From contig OZ252287.1 in NCBI GenBank assembly GCA_965250085.1, positions 1,152,001 through 1,216,000 on the forward strand: a DNA stretch of 64,000 bases, given 5' to 3'. The position numbers and the translations under genes are program-made. Below are positions 40,760 to 49,406 of the stretch, piece after piece. Every line of letters begins with the position of its first letter. Position 1 is the stretch's first letter. Below the pieces are notes generated by a model. The model was not told the DNA's origin. It saw only the letters and a program-made list of their open reading frames with translations, and ran no database searches. This stretch comes from Candidatus Altimarinota bacterium. Lineage in GTDB: Bacteria; Patescibacteriota; Gracilibacteria; CAIRYL01.

Positions 40760-41012
40760 GGACTATAAAGTTACCACAGAGTGTCGGGGGAGGCGCGCAG
40801 AGTTCTCATTACCATGAAAACCCGAATGCGTACGCAGAAGTACAAAGCCACCACGCGCTCGGCGCGTGCGAAGTTAATCAAAATCCTGCGGATTTTGTTC
40901 ATACAATGTTCGAACTTCGTCCAGAAAACACCGCCAGTACGTGCACTACTGGGGCTTTTTCGATTTGAGCGTAGGTGACATCGACTATGTTTGGCATATG
41001 TTTTTAAAAGTA

Positions 41013-42068
41013 TTAGAGAAAGTAGTTATGAACCGCAAAAGCGTATTGGTCGATAAATATTTTTTTAAAATACGAAAGACTATTTTGCTCATAAAAAAGC
41101 AAGCTTGCTTTTTTATATTCCACTTCATCCACCGCACGATACGACATAGGAATGCTCTGAAAAGCGAACAAAATAGCATTTGAAGTCATTCGTGCGGTTC
41201 TTTTGTTGCCATCTTCAAACGCTTGAATATAGGAAATAAGAAGCAACAGTAAAAAGGATTTTTCAAAAAACGATTCTCGACTCTTTACCAGTGCGATCAT
41301 TTTTTCAAAGGCTTCTTCAATTTGGTGCACATTATCCAGCGGACGATAATTGGTCCCCGTTATTCCCACTGGGTGTGATCGAAAATTTGGAGATATCGAA
41401 AGCTCTTTCGTGAGCACTCGATGAACATGCTCTATTTTCCTTTTGGAAAGAGTGAGGAATTCTTCTCTGTTTTGGAGAATCTCATTAAACGCATCTTTAT
41501 GATTCAAAATCATTTGGGTTTCTTCCTTGGTTTTTCCTGCTTCAGGGATATTTTCTTTGATCAGTCTTTCGGTACTCAAAAGGGAATAGGTATTCCCTTC
41601 TATTTGTGATGACTTCCAAGAAAATTCAATCAAGATGCGCTCAAACTCTTTGTTGATGATGGTTTGGCTGTCGTATTTAGAAAAATTGTTTACAAAGTTT
41701 TGGTGTAAATTTTCAAGTTCTTTTTTTTCGGCAGAGGTAAATATGTCTGTTTTGAGGAGATCAAATACTTCAAAATTAAAGTGGTGTTGTACAATTCGAT
41801 CATCATAGGGAGCAGCAAAATAAGGCTCTACATCTATTTCTTTAAAGATTTTATTGGCTTCGGAAATAAAATACACCGTATTTCGTCCCTTCCCTTTTTG
41901 AGAGATTTTTTGTTCCGCCAGCAAATAGCTCAGGTCTCTTTGGAGTGTCTTTTGTGAAACTTCAATTTTATATTTTTTAAGATCTGATAAAAGCTCAGAT
42001 GTGGCAATCTGTTTTTTTGAGGAAAGGATTTCCAGTACCAATTTTTTTCTCTCAGAGTTTTTATTCAT
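41013..42068 (-). CDS. Fic-domain protein with N-terminal winged HTH
   Basis: SQKTLQRDL (wHTH), SSQIEGNT, variant Fic motif QAFEDGNKRTAR. Confidence 0.92.
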   Translation of the reverse strand: MNKNSERKKLVLEILSSKKQIATSELLSDLKKYKIEVSQKTLQRDLSYLLAEQKISQKGKGRNTVYFISEANKIFKEIDVEPYFAAPYDDRIVQHHFNFEVFDLLKTDIFTSAEKKELENLHQNFVNNFSKYDSQTIINKEFERILIEFSWKSSQIEGNTYSLLSTERLIKENIPEAGKTKEETQMILNHKDAFNEILQNREEFLTLSKRKIEHVHRVLTKELSISPNFRSHPVGITGTNYRPLDNVHQIEEAFEKMIALVKSRESFFEKSFLLLLLISYIQAFEDGNKRTARMTSNAILFAFQSIPMSYRAVDEVEYKKASLLFYEQNSLSYFKKIFIDQYAFAVHNYFL

Positions 42069-42104
42069 ATTTGGAGAAGTTTTTGTGCGAGCAGTGTATC
42101 ATTA

Positions 42105-42210
42105 ATCGCGACATTTTGAATAGAGAATCGCGACATTTTTTGATAAAAAATTATAAAAAGCTTTTTATACAGTCATTTAATCGCGACATTTTGAACAGGG
42201 GATCGCGACA
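42105..42210. promoter_or_regulatory. Four ATCGCGACA boxes upstream of the Fic gene (putative operator)
   Basis: Boxes at 42105, 42127, 42180, 42202; 22-bp spacing within pairs. Confidence 0.7.
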
Positions 42211-42326
42211 GCAATTTTTTTGAATTGGTGCTTTTTCCGATTTGGGAGTAGGTGACATCCACTATGTTTGGCATGAATTATTGGCTATTGTTCCTCAATA
42301 CAGATCTATAGAGTAAGAATACTTTT

Positions 42327-44108
42327 TTAATCTCCAATAAACCCACCTGCTTGCATTTCATAGAGTTTTTTATAATGACCATTTGGTTTTTTTACAAGTT
42401 CTTCATGGCTGCCCTGTTCAATGATCTTTCCCTGATCAAAGACCAAAATTCGATCTGCGTGTTTGATAGTAGAAAGTCGATGTGCAATCACAATAGTTGT
42501 CTTGCTCTTCATGAGCACTTTGAGGGCATCCTGAATATAGCTTTCTGATTCAGAATCGAGAGAACTCGTCGCTTCATCCAGTACCAATATAGGCGTATCT
42601 GCCAAAATAGCCCTGGCAATAGCCACTCGCTGTCTTTCTCCTCCGCTGAGTTTTACGCCTCGTTCTCCTACCAGAGTCTCATATCCTTCTGGTAATTTTT
42701 TTATAAATTCATGAGCATGTGCTTTTTTAGAAGCATCGATGATGTCTGCACTGCTTTTTTCAAGAGAAGCATATGCAATGTTATCTGCCAGACTTCGATG
42801 AAAAAGAATAGGATCCTGAGGGACCAGAGAAATAGACTCCCGCAAACTCTTCTGAGTTACCTCTGTAATATTTTGCCCATCTATGTTGATGCGTCCGCCT
42901 TGGATTTCATAAAACCTTTGAATGAGCTTTATAAGCGTAGACTTTCCACTTCCACTATGACCCACAAGTGCTACTTTCTCTCCTGGTGCAATGCAAAGGG
43001 AAAAATTCTCGAATACTGAATTTCCTTGATTGGGGTATTCAAAGGTAAGATTATTGCATTGTATACGCCCCTCAGTTATTTGAAGACTTTTGGCATTTGG
43101 TGTGTCCTGAATTTGTATGGGGGTCAGGCTATACTCTACCATTTCCTCCATATCATTCGCCGCTCGTTGCACCTCCCGAATCTGGTCGCCAATGTGTCTC
43201 AAATATCCAGACAGAAGTGCATATATTCCTATAACAAACACAAAATCTCCCACACTTGCTCTTCCTTTTGACCAGAGCCAGACTACCAGGCTGAACAAAC
43301 TGATTTTGATAATCGTCATAAGCAGATTTTGCAATGTCCCAGTGATATTAAATCGGACATACAAACGAAACAGCCTCTCTATCCAAATCTGAATTGCATG
43401 TGAGAAATTTTTATCTTCATATTTTTCTTTGGCAAAAGATTTTACCGTCATATTTCCCGTTATTGCGTCAGCCAATTGAGCCCCCACATGTGTATCGGAT
43501 TCAGCAAGGCTTCGGGCATTCGGAACAATAAAACGATTGGCAACCCAAATACTAAAGCTGATATATAATGCACTTCCAAATGTAAACAGAAGCCCCATTT
43601 CCGGCCACTTGATAAAAAGAAAGATGATAATAGCTATCATCAGAATTGAAGTCCTCACAAAGTGATTATAAAAACTATCACTAAATCGTTCCAAAGAACT
43701 TACTCCTCGTTTTATTTTGGTAACGATGGCTCCTGCAAAGCTATTACTGTGCCAGTCCATGCTAAAACGCTGGACAGTTGCAAACACATCAATAGCACTA
43801 TCCCGCAGAGAAGGACATTTGAGATACCAGTCATAAAAACTATGAGTAGCTTTGTTCGTAACATGAAAACATATACCTACGGAGGCTATGATGATCAAAT
43901 ATCGCCCCACAATCCAAAAAGCCTGAGGATCGCTCACAGGAGTCTGAGCAATTGTGTCTGTCATCCTCCCCATAAAATAGGGGAAAGACAGCTCGAGCAT
44001 GGCTTGCACAATAAGCAATACAATTACTCCGAGTACGGCCCAGGGATGTCGGCGATAATATTTCCAGACAAAAGCTCCGATGGTAGAAAATGTGATGCGA
44101 GATTTCAT
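42327..44108 (-). CDS. ABC exporter, fused TMD-NBD
   Basis: GHSGSGKS, LSGGERQR, LDEATSSLD, IAHRLST. Confidence 0.96.
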   Translation of the reverse strand: MKSRITFSTIGAFVWKYYRRHPWAVLGVIVLLIVQAMLELSFPYFMGRMTDTIAQTPVSDPQAFWIVGRYLIIIASVGICFHVTNKATHSFYDWYLKCPSLRDSAIDVFATVQRFSMDWHSNSFAGAIVTKIKRGVSSLERFSDSFYNHFVRTSILMIAIIIFLFIKWPEMGLLFTFGSALYISFSIWVANRFIVPNARSLAESDTHVGAQLADAITGNMTVKSFAKEKYEDKNFSHAIQIWIERLFRLYVRFNITGTLQNLLMTIIKISLFSLVVWLWSKGRASVGDFVFVIGIYALLSGYLRHIGDQIREVQRAANDMEEMVEYSLTPIQIQDTPNAKSLQITEGRIQCNNLTFEYPNQGNSVFENFSLCIAPGEKVALVGHSGSGKSTLIKLIQRFYEIQGGRINIDGQNITEVTQKSLRESISLVPQDPILFHRSLADNIAYASLEKSSADIIDASKKAHAHEFIKKLPEGYETLVGERGVKLSGGERQRVAIARAILADTPILVLDEATSSLDSESESYIQDALKVLMKSKTTIVIAHRLSTIKHADRILVFDQGKIIEQGSHEELVKKPNGHYKKLYEMQAGGFIGD

Positions 44109-44202
44109 GATAATTCCGGTCTATAAGCAATTTTGACGGAGTCTGCATGATACACTCTTTTGACATATTTCCCACCATCTTTTCCTTTGGTATACTTACA
44201 GC

Positions 44203-44625
44203 ATGCCCTACGAACTCAAAACACAGAAAAGCGATGCGAGCGCTACCAAATTCATTGATTCCCTTGAAGATGAGCAGAGGCGTACAGATTGTCATACGCT
44301 GCTCAAGCTGATGCAAAAGATCACAAAGGATGAGGGCAAGAGGTGGGGAGCGAATATTGTAGGATTTGGGAGTTATGACTACACGTATGCCAGTGGTCAT
44401 TCCGGCACCTGGTTTCAGTGCGGGTTTTCTCCACGAAAGCAAGCCATCTCACTTCATATCTCATGCTGTGATGTGAAGGCGCATGGAGATCTGCTCAAAA
44501 AACTTGGAAAAATTAAGCACGGAAAATCGTGCATCTATGTCAAAAAACTGGAAGATATTGATCTTAAGGTGCTGGAAAAAATAATTCGGAAGTCAATCAT
44601 GAAAAAATCGCATAAAAACCAGTGA
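44203..44625 (+). CDS. DUF1801 (YdhG-like) protein
   Basis: WGANIVGFGSYDY, GFSPRK, GKSCIYVKKL. Confidence 0.88.
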   Translation: MPYELKTQKSDASATKFIDSLEDEQRRTDCHTLLKLMQKITKDEGKRWGANIVGFGSYDYTYASGHSGTWFQCGFSPRKQAISLHISCCDVKAHGDLLKKLGKIKHGKSCIYVKKLEDIDLKVLEKIIRKSIMKKSHKNQ

Positions 44626-44662
44626 AACCGCCTTTTCTTTGTAATCTATCTCTCTTATTTTT

Positions 44663-44698
44663 AAGTGTGCGCATTCGACCACTCTACCACTTCTCCGC
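44663..44698 (-). pseudogene. Degenerate 5' half of a tRNA-Ser
   Basis: GCGGAGAAGTGGTAGAGTGGTCGAATGCGCACACTT vs GCGGAGAGGTGGCAGAGTGGTCGATCGCGCACGCTT at 35022; ends at the anticodon loop. Confidence 0.8.
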
Positions 44699-44860
44699 AT
44701 AAAAAATAGCCGTCCAATCATGAATATTTAGAACAAGAGATATGAGATAAGTATTTTTTTGGTATACTCTTTCACACAATCAGGCACCAAAACTGTTGAA
44801 AAATATCTCAAAAAGCTTCTATTAGATTAGTATGGCTATCTATAATTATTACTTTTATTT

Positions 44861-46162
44861 ATGAAACATAACGTGACAATAAAACCTCGGCAATTAGAAT
44901 TATCAATACAGGACAGGAAAAAAGTGGCTGAGGGTACCACCGAAGTTATTTTTGATATAGAGAGTAAAAACTTTACATTCAAACCAGGACAATATTTCCG
45001 TTTCACTATTCCTTCATTATCATTAGATGTGCCAAAAGGAAATACAAGAGATTTTACAATTGCTTCTTCTCCAAACACAAAAAAAACTCTATCCATAGCA
45101 TTCCGTAATTCTGATAGTGCATTTAAGAAATATATTTTAGACGCGCCTGTTGGTGCAAAAGTAAAAGCTCAAGGGCCGCTTGGAGTTTTTACGCTTCCAG
45201 AAGACTCTACTATTCCCATTGTTTTTATAGCGGGTGGTATTGGAGCCACGCCAGTATTGAGTATGATGCGTTTTGTTTCTGAGAATAACACAGGACACAA
45301 CATTCATGTTATCTACGCGAATTCGGGTGAAGAGCGTGTAGCATATATAGATGAAATAAAAGCTCTGGCAGAAAAGAATTCTAATATTCGTCTCACAGAG
45401 AAAATTGGCAGGATTGATGCTGAATTTATTAAAAAAAATATAGAATATACCGACAAAACACTATGGTATCTCTGCGGGGCACCAGAGATGGTGAGTACAA
45501 TAAATCAAGAACTCCCTGATGTTCTCAACATTTCTGATCTTAATATTCGTATAGAAGAATATGTTGGGTATTATAATAAAAACAGAGTTGATTATAAAGT
45601 TTTTTCATCGACCAGTGATGAGATTGTGGAACGTACAAAAGATGAAATATATTCCGATACAAGTCTTATTGAACCATTGCTTGCTGCGATTGGAGAAAGC
45701 TCTCTTTTCTCTATAACCAACTTACAAGGAACGATAGAATATGCTAATGAAAAGTTTATACAAGTTGCGAAATACTCCAAAGACGAACTCATTGGACAAA
45801 ATCACCGAATTCTTAAATCAGGATTTCATCCGCCGGAGTACTATATAAAACTCTGGAAGGCGGTTTCTTCGGGGAAGCTGTGGAGAGGAGAAATTAAAAA
45901 TCGAGCGAAAGATGGATCCTTTTATTGGGTTGACACAAGTATTAGCCCAATAAAAGGAAGTGATGGGAAAATAGAGGGATATCTTGCGGTTCGTTTTTTA
46001 ATCAACGACAAGAAAAAACTAGAAAAAGCTCTTAGAGAACTAGAAAAAGCGAAAACTGAAGCTGATAAAATAAATAAATTCGTGGTGAATAGAGAGTTAA
46101 AGATGATTGAGTTGAAAAAAGAAATTGAAGAGCTCAAAAAGGAAAATTTGCCCAAATCATGA
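44861..46162 (+). CDS. FNR-like FAD/NAD(P)H oxidoreductase fused to PAS/PAC domain and coiled coil
   Basis: FKPGQY, RDFTIASSP, AGGIGATP, YLCGAPEMV; then YANEKF, ELIGQNHRILKSG, WRGEIKNRAKDGSFYWV. Confidence 0.88.
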   Translation: MKHNVTIKPRQLELSIQDRKKVAEGTTEVIFDIESKNFTFKPGQYFRFTIPSLSLDVPKGNTRDFTIASSPNTKKTLSIAFRNSDSAFKKYILDAPVGAKVKAQGPLGVFTLPEDSTIPIVFIAGGIGATPVLSMMRFVSENNTGHNIHVIYANSGEERVAYIDEIKALAEKNSNIRLTEKIGRIDAEFIKKNIEYTDKTLWYLCGAPEMVSTINQELPDVLNISDLNIRIEEYVGYYNKNRVDYKVFSSTSDEIVERTKDEIYSDTSLIEPLLAAIGESSLFSITNLQGTIEYANEKFIQVAKYSKDELIGQNHRILKSGFHPPEYYIKLWKAVSSGKLWRGEIKNRAKDGSFYWVDTSISPIKGSDGKIEGYLAVRFLINDKKKLEKALRELEKAKTEADKINKFVVNRELKMIELKKEIEELKKENLPKS

Positions 46163-46220
46163 AATTCGAGAGCAGTGCTTACCAATTCATAATAAGAAAC
46201 TTACGTATAAGTGGGGAAGG

Positions 46221-46276
46221 AAGTAGCAAGTAGTCAGTACTCAGTTCCTCATTTGCAGTTCGCAATTTGTAATTGA
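46221..46276. repeat. 7-bp-periodic array
   Basis: AAGTAGC AAGTAGT CAGTACT CAGTTCC ... CAGTTCG CAATTTG TAATTGA. Confidence 0.6.
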
Positions 46277-46520
46277 TCACATTGGACGTTACAAGTTTAA
46301 TCTTTTTTTTAACGTTTTCGTAACATTTTTATCGCGAAATGGTATCAGAGTGAAAATTATGAAAACGGTAATACTTGTGATGGAATCAATTTTTTAAGTA
46401 TGTATTTCCCTCGTGTAAGGGATATATGCTATAATTTCTCAGATGATAACTCATAACTTATTATGAACAGGAGTATCGCCATCACATTTTTCTTGCTCTT
46501 TCCTCTTTCCTTTTTTCTTT

Positions 46521-47627
46521 ATGACATCTTGTTCATTTACCCCTTCTGATACTCCAAAAGTTGACCCTGATACATATAATGGACCAAAAGAAGTATCCAC
46601 ATTTGCCGGAGGGTGCTTTTGGTGTGTGGAGTCTGCATTTGACGACGAAGAAGGAGTGATAACAGCCATTTCTGGATATATAGGAGGAAAAGAAAAAGAT
46701 CCGACATACAAACAAGTCTCTGCTGGAAAGACTGGCCATGTCGAGTCAGTTCAGGTGACATATGATCCTACTATAATTCCATATTCAGATATCCTCAGTA
46801 TTTTCTGGCGACAAATAGATCCTACTGACGATGGAGGACAATTTGCCGATAGAGGCGTTCAATATAAAACAGCTATTTTTTATCACAATGAAAATCAAAA
46901 ACGCATTGCAGAAGGATCAAAACAAGATCTCGAAAACTCTGGCAGATATCAAAAATCTATTGTCACGCCAATTTTACCAGCTTCGGATTTCTATCCAGCA
47001 GAAGCTTATCATCAAGATTATCATGAAAAAAATCCAATCCGTTATAACTTTTATAGAAAAGGATCAGGACGTGATCAATATTTGGAAGAAATATGGGGGA
47101 GTCAGGAGAATGAAGAAAGTGTGTTTGATCCATCCTCCTCAATACAATCTGCATCACCTAAAGATTTTTCTGGGGAAGAGAAAGAATATTTCCGACCTAC
47201 AGATGAAGAAATAGAAGCAATGCTCACTCCTTTGCAATATGACGTAACACAAGAAGAGGGTACGGAGTCCGCTTTTAAGAATGAGTATAATAACAATAAA
47301 AAAGAGGGGATATATGTAGATATTATTTCTGGAGAACCGCTTTTTAGCTCTTTAGATAAATTTGATTCTGGAACTGGCTGGCCCAGTTTTACCAAGCCAC
47401 TTGCAAAAAACTATGTTGTTGAAAAATCTGACTATCGCCTTTTTATGAAGCGTACAGAAGTGCGAAGTAAATATGCAGACTCACATTTGGGCCATGTATT
47501 CCCTGATGGACCTGATTCTACAGGCCTCAGATATTGTGTTAACTCTGCAGCAATGAGGTTTATCCCCAAAGAAAATATGGAACAAGAAGGATATGGGGAG
47601 TATGCGATTTTGTTTGAAGAATCTTAA
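46521..47627 (+). CDS. msrAB: Fused methionine sulfoxide reductase MsrA/MsrB (signal peptide from ATG 46463 is out of frame)
   Basis: [17 protein letters not shown]; [24 protein letters not shown]. Confidence 0.96.
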   Translation: MTSCSFTPSDTPKVDPDTYNGPKEVSTFAGGCFWCVESAFDDEEGVITAISGYIGGKEKDPTYKQVSAGKTGHVESVQVTYDPTIIPYSDILSIFWRQIDPTDDGGQFADRGVQYKTAIFYHNENQKRIAEGSKQDLENSGRYQKSIVTPILPASDFYPAEAYHQDYHEKNPIRYNFYRKGSGRDQYLEEIWGSQENEESVFDPSSSIQSASPKDFSGEEKEYFRPTDEEIEAMLTPLQYDVTQEEGTESAFKNEYNNNKKEGIYVDIISGEPLFSSLDKFDSGTGWPSFTKPLAKNYVVEKSDYRLFMKRTEVRSKYADSHLGHVFPDGPDSTGLRYCVNSAAMRFIPKENMEQEGYGEYAILFEES

Positions 47628-47633
47628 AAGAAG

Positions 47634-47815
47634 TTGACATTTATTGTTAAAATATTAAAGTGTGGGATACATGATATCTATCAGGATGAAAATTGACTTA
47701 CGAATCATAGGAGCTAATAATATATCTGTGGTGGTCTCTGTCACGTAGTCTGGCGGAATCACTTTTCTTAATTTTAAAATTTAAAAGCTCCGCCAGGTTC
47801 TGGCGGAGCTTTTTT
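47634..47815 (+). promoter_or_regulatory. Promoter, Ile/Val-rich leader peptide and antiterminator/terminator (attenuator)
   Basis: TTGACA 47634; leader ORF 47671-47748 MISIRMKIDLRIIGANNISVVVSVT; CTGGCGGA 47750-47757 complementary to terminator 5' arm. Confidence 0.75.
47783..47815 (+). terminator. Intrinsic terminator
   Basis: AAAAGCTCCGCCAG-GTT-CTGGCGGAGCTTTTTT. Confidence 0.92.
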
Positions 47816-47856
47816 ATATTAAAACTTTTCTTTTTTATTCTTTTACTATTTTTTAC

Positions 47857-48249
47857 ATGATGGACACACCAAAAAGTTCAACAACCACTCCTTTGCAGAG
47901 AAGGGGAAAAAGAATGGGGGAACTTTTAGAAAATGTTTCCCCAAGACCGGATATACATATCCAACATGTTCGCGCACTTTCACGAGATGCAATACGACTT
48001 ACTGGAGCTATTGATTGCAGGCCTGACCCATGGCTTTCTTTAAGGTTATTGGTTGATGAACTAGGCTCGGTTCAAACGGCTTTACTAGAAATAGATCGTT
48101 GCAAAACAAGTGAATTTCCACCATTTCTACTTATAAAAAATGGGAAAATCTCAGAGTCAAATAATGACACTCCCATTCCTAGAGATTGTCCGGATGAAAC
48201 ATTCATTCCAAGAGCACTTTTTAAGGCTGTATTACAAAAGGCTACTTAA
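47857..48249 (+). CDS. Hypothetical protein
   Basis: 130-aa ORF after the attenuator. Confidence 0.6.
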   Translation: MMDTPKSSTTTPLQRRGKRMGELLENVSPRPDIHIQHVRALSRDAIRLTGAIDCRPDPWLSLRLLVDELGSVQTALLEIDRCKTSEFPPFLLIKNGKISESNNDTPIPRDCPDETFIPRALFKAVLQKAT

Positions 48250-48266
48250 AAAATCAAAATTCTTTT

Positions 48267-48483
48267 TGACGACGGAAGTCCTAAGGAGTCATAATAAATT
48301 TGCTCGACTTTGTGCGATACCTCCTCGATGTATCAATTTCTCTAAGTTTCTAAGGGGATCATAGGTTTTGTGACGTGCGTGAGAGCTGTCCTGACCTTTC
48401 CCACCTGTACTATATCAGGGAAACGATCATGAGGGCATGCACGGCAGATGTGGAGCGTACAAGTAAAAAGAAGTTTCTCGTCA
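48267..48483 (+). ncRNA. Candidate ~217-nt structured RNA
   Basis: Ends pair (TGACGA/TCGTCA); long internal rod and three small hairpins; G-U pairs favour the plus strand. Confidence 0.45.
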
Positions 48484-48563
48484 GGAGTCATATCCTTCGT
48501 CAATCAGACTCGACATTTTGGGCTCTTTTGGGGAGAATAGGGGCTGGATTTTCAAGCAGTTTT

Positions 48564-49367
48564 ATGTCTACAGAGGTTTTTGTTGTTCTCTTTCTGATTT
48601 CACTCTGCGCAATAGCAGGAATGTTTTGGTGGAAAAATGATGAACTCAGAAGAGACACCCAGCAGCGGATAAAAAAAGCTCTTACGAAAGAAAAAGAATC
48701 CTCAGAGGAAAAAAATGCTCTGCGGAGCACAGAGCAAAAAAAAGAGCCATTAGATGTTGAAGATGAAGAACAGACTGAAACATCAGAAAAAACACTCAGC
48801 GCAGCGGAGAAAAAACAGATACTCCGAAGAGCAGAAGTTCTTCTTGCACGAGAGCGCAATAAAGATGCAGAAAAGCTCTTTATTCGAATCCTTTCTTTTG
48901 AACCTGAGCATCAAGTTGCTCTCCAGCGCCTTGCATATCTTTATTTACAAACAGGTTCTCATGCCAAGTCAGAGAGTTTGTACCGCCAACTGATAGATAT
49001 CGCTTCCAAAAACCCAGCAGTACACACTAATTTAGGACTCACCCTTTTTCACCAGAAAAAATTTGATGAATCCCTTGAGGCCTATACAAGAGCTATAGAA
49101 TTAGAACCTCACCGAGGAGCACGATATGCAAACTTGGGACAGGTATATTTTGTCACTCAAGACCTTGAGTCTGCTATCAAGTGTTTTCGCAGTGCAGTAC
49201 AGAAAGAGCCACGCAAGATCGAATTTCTCTATCTGCTCGCTGATGCCTGTCTGGAGGGTAAAAAATTTACAGAAGCACGTAAATGGTATGAACGGATATT
49301 GGACCTCTCTCCTTATGATGATGAAGCCAAAGAAGAAATCAGAAGACTCAAAAAACTGGGATTTTAG
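48564..49367 (+). CDS. Membrane-anchored TPR protein
   Basis: N-terminal TM from ATG 48564; several TPR repeats (NLGLTL, YANLGQVY). Confidence 0.88.
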   Translation: MSTEVFVVLFLISLCAIAGMFWWKNDELRRDTQQRIKKALTKEKESSEEKNALRSTEQKKEPLDVEDEEQTETSEKTLSAAEKKQILRRAEVLLARERNKDAEKLFIRILSFEPEHQVALQRLAYLYLQTGSHAKSESLYRQLIDIASKNPAVHTNLGLTLFHQKKFDESLEAYTRAIELEPHRGARYANLGQVYFVTQDLESAIKCFRSAVQKEPRKIEFLYLLADACLEGKKFTEARKWYERILDLSPYDDEAKEEIRRLKKLGF

Positions 49368-49406
49368 AAAAATCACTCCTTGAAATTCATCGAACGAACT
49401 TCATTC

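Larger units (their letters stand above)
35108..40948. mobile_element. Genomic island integrated at tRNA-Ser 3' end
   Basis: 18-bp direct repeat CCGCCAGTACGTGCACTA at 35108-35125 and 40931-40948; recombinase remnant, XRE and R-M cargo inside. Confidence 0.88.
40954..42274. mobile_element. Fic gene cassette flanked by ~44-bp imperfect direct repeats
   Basis: GCTTTTT(C)CGATTTGRGMGTAGGTGACATCSACTATGTTTGGCAT at 40954-40997 and 42230-42274. Confidence 0.7.

Noticed and set aside
40600-40968. 122-aa plus-strand ORF and 35751-35963 ORF as genes
   Set aside because: They overlie the conserved noncoding element and att site, and the frame is not conserved between the two copies.
42105-42210. CRISPR array
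   Set aside because: The repeats are 9-bp boxes with non-unique spacers. There are no cas genes and no repeat-spacer array anywhere in the window.
48267-48483. RNase P, tmRNA or SRP identity for the RNA candidate
   Set aside because: GGAAGTCC and GGGGATC resemble their 5' motifs, but the required 3' signatures (P4 3' strand, T-arm plus CCA, SRP helix-8 motif) are absent.
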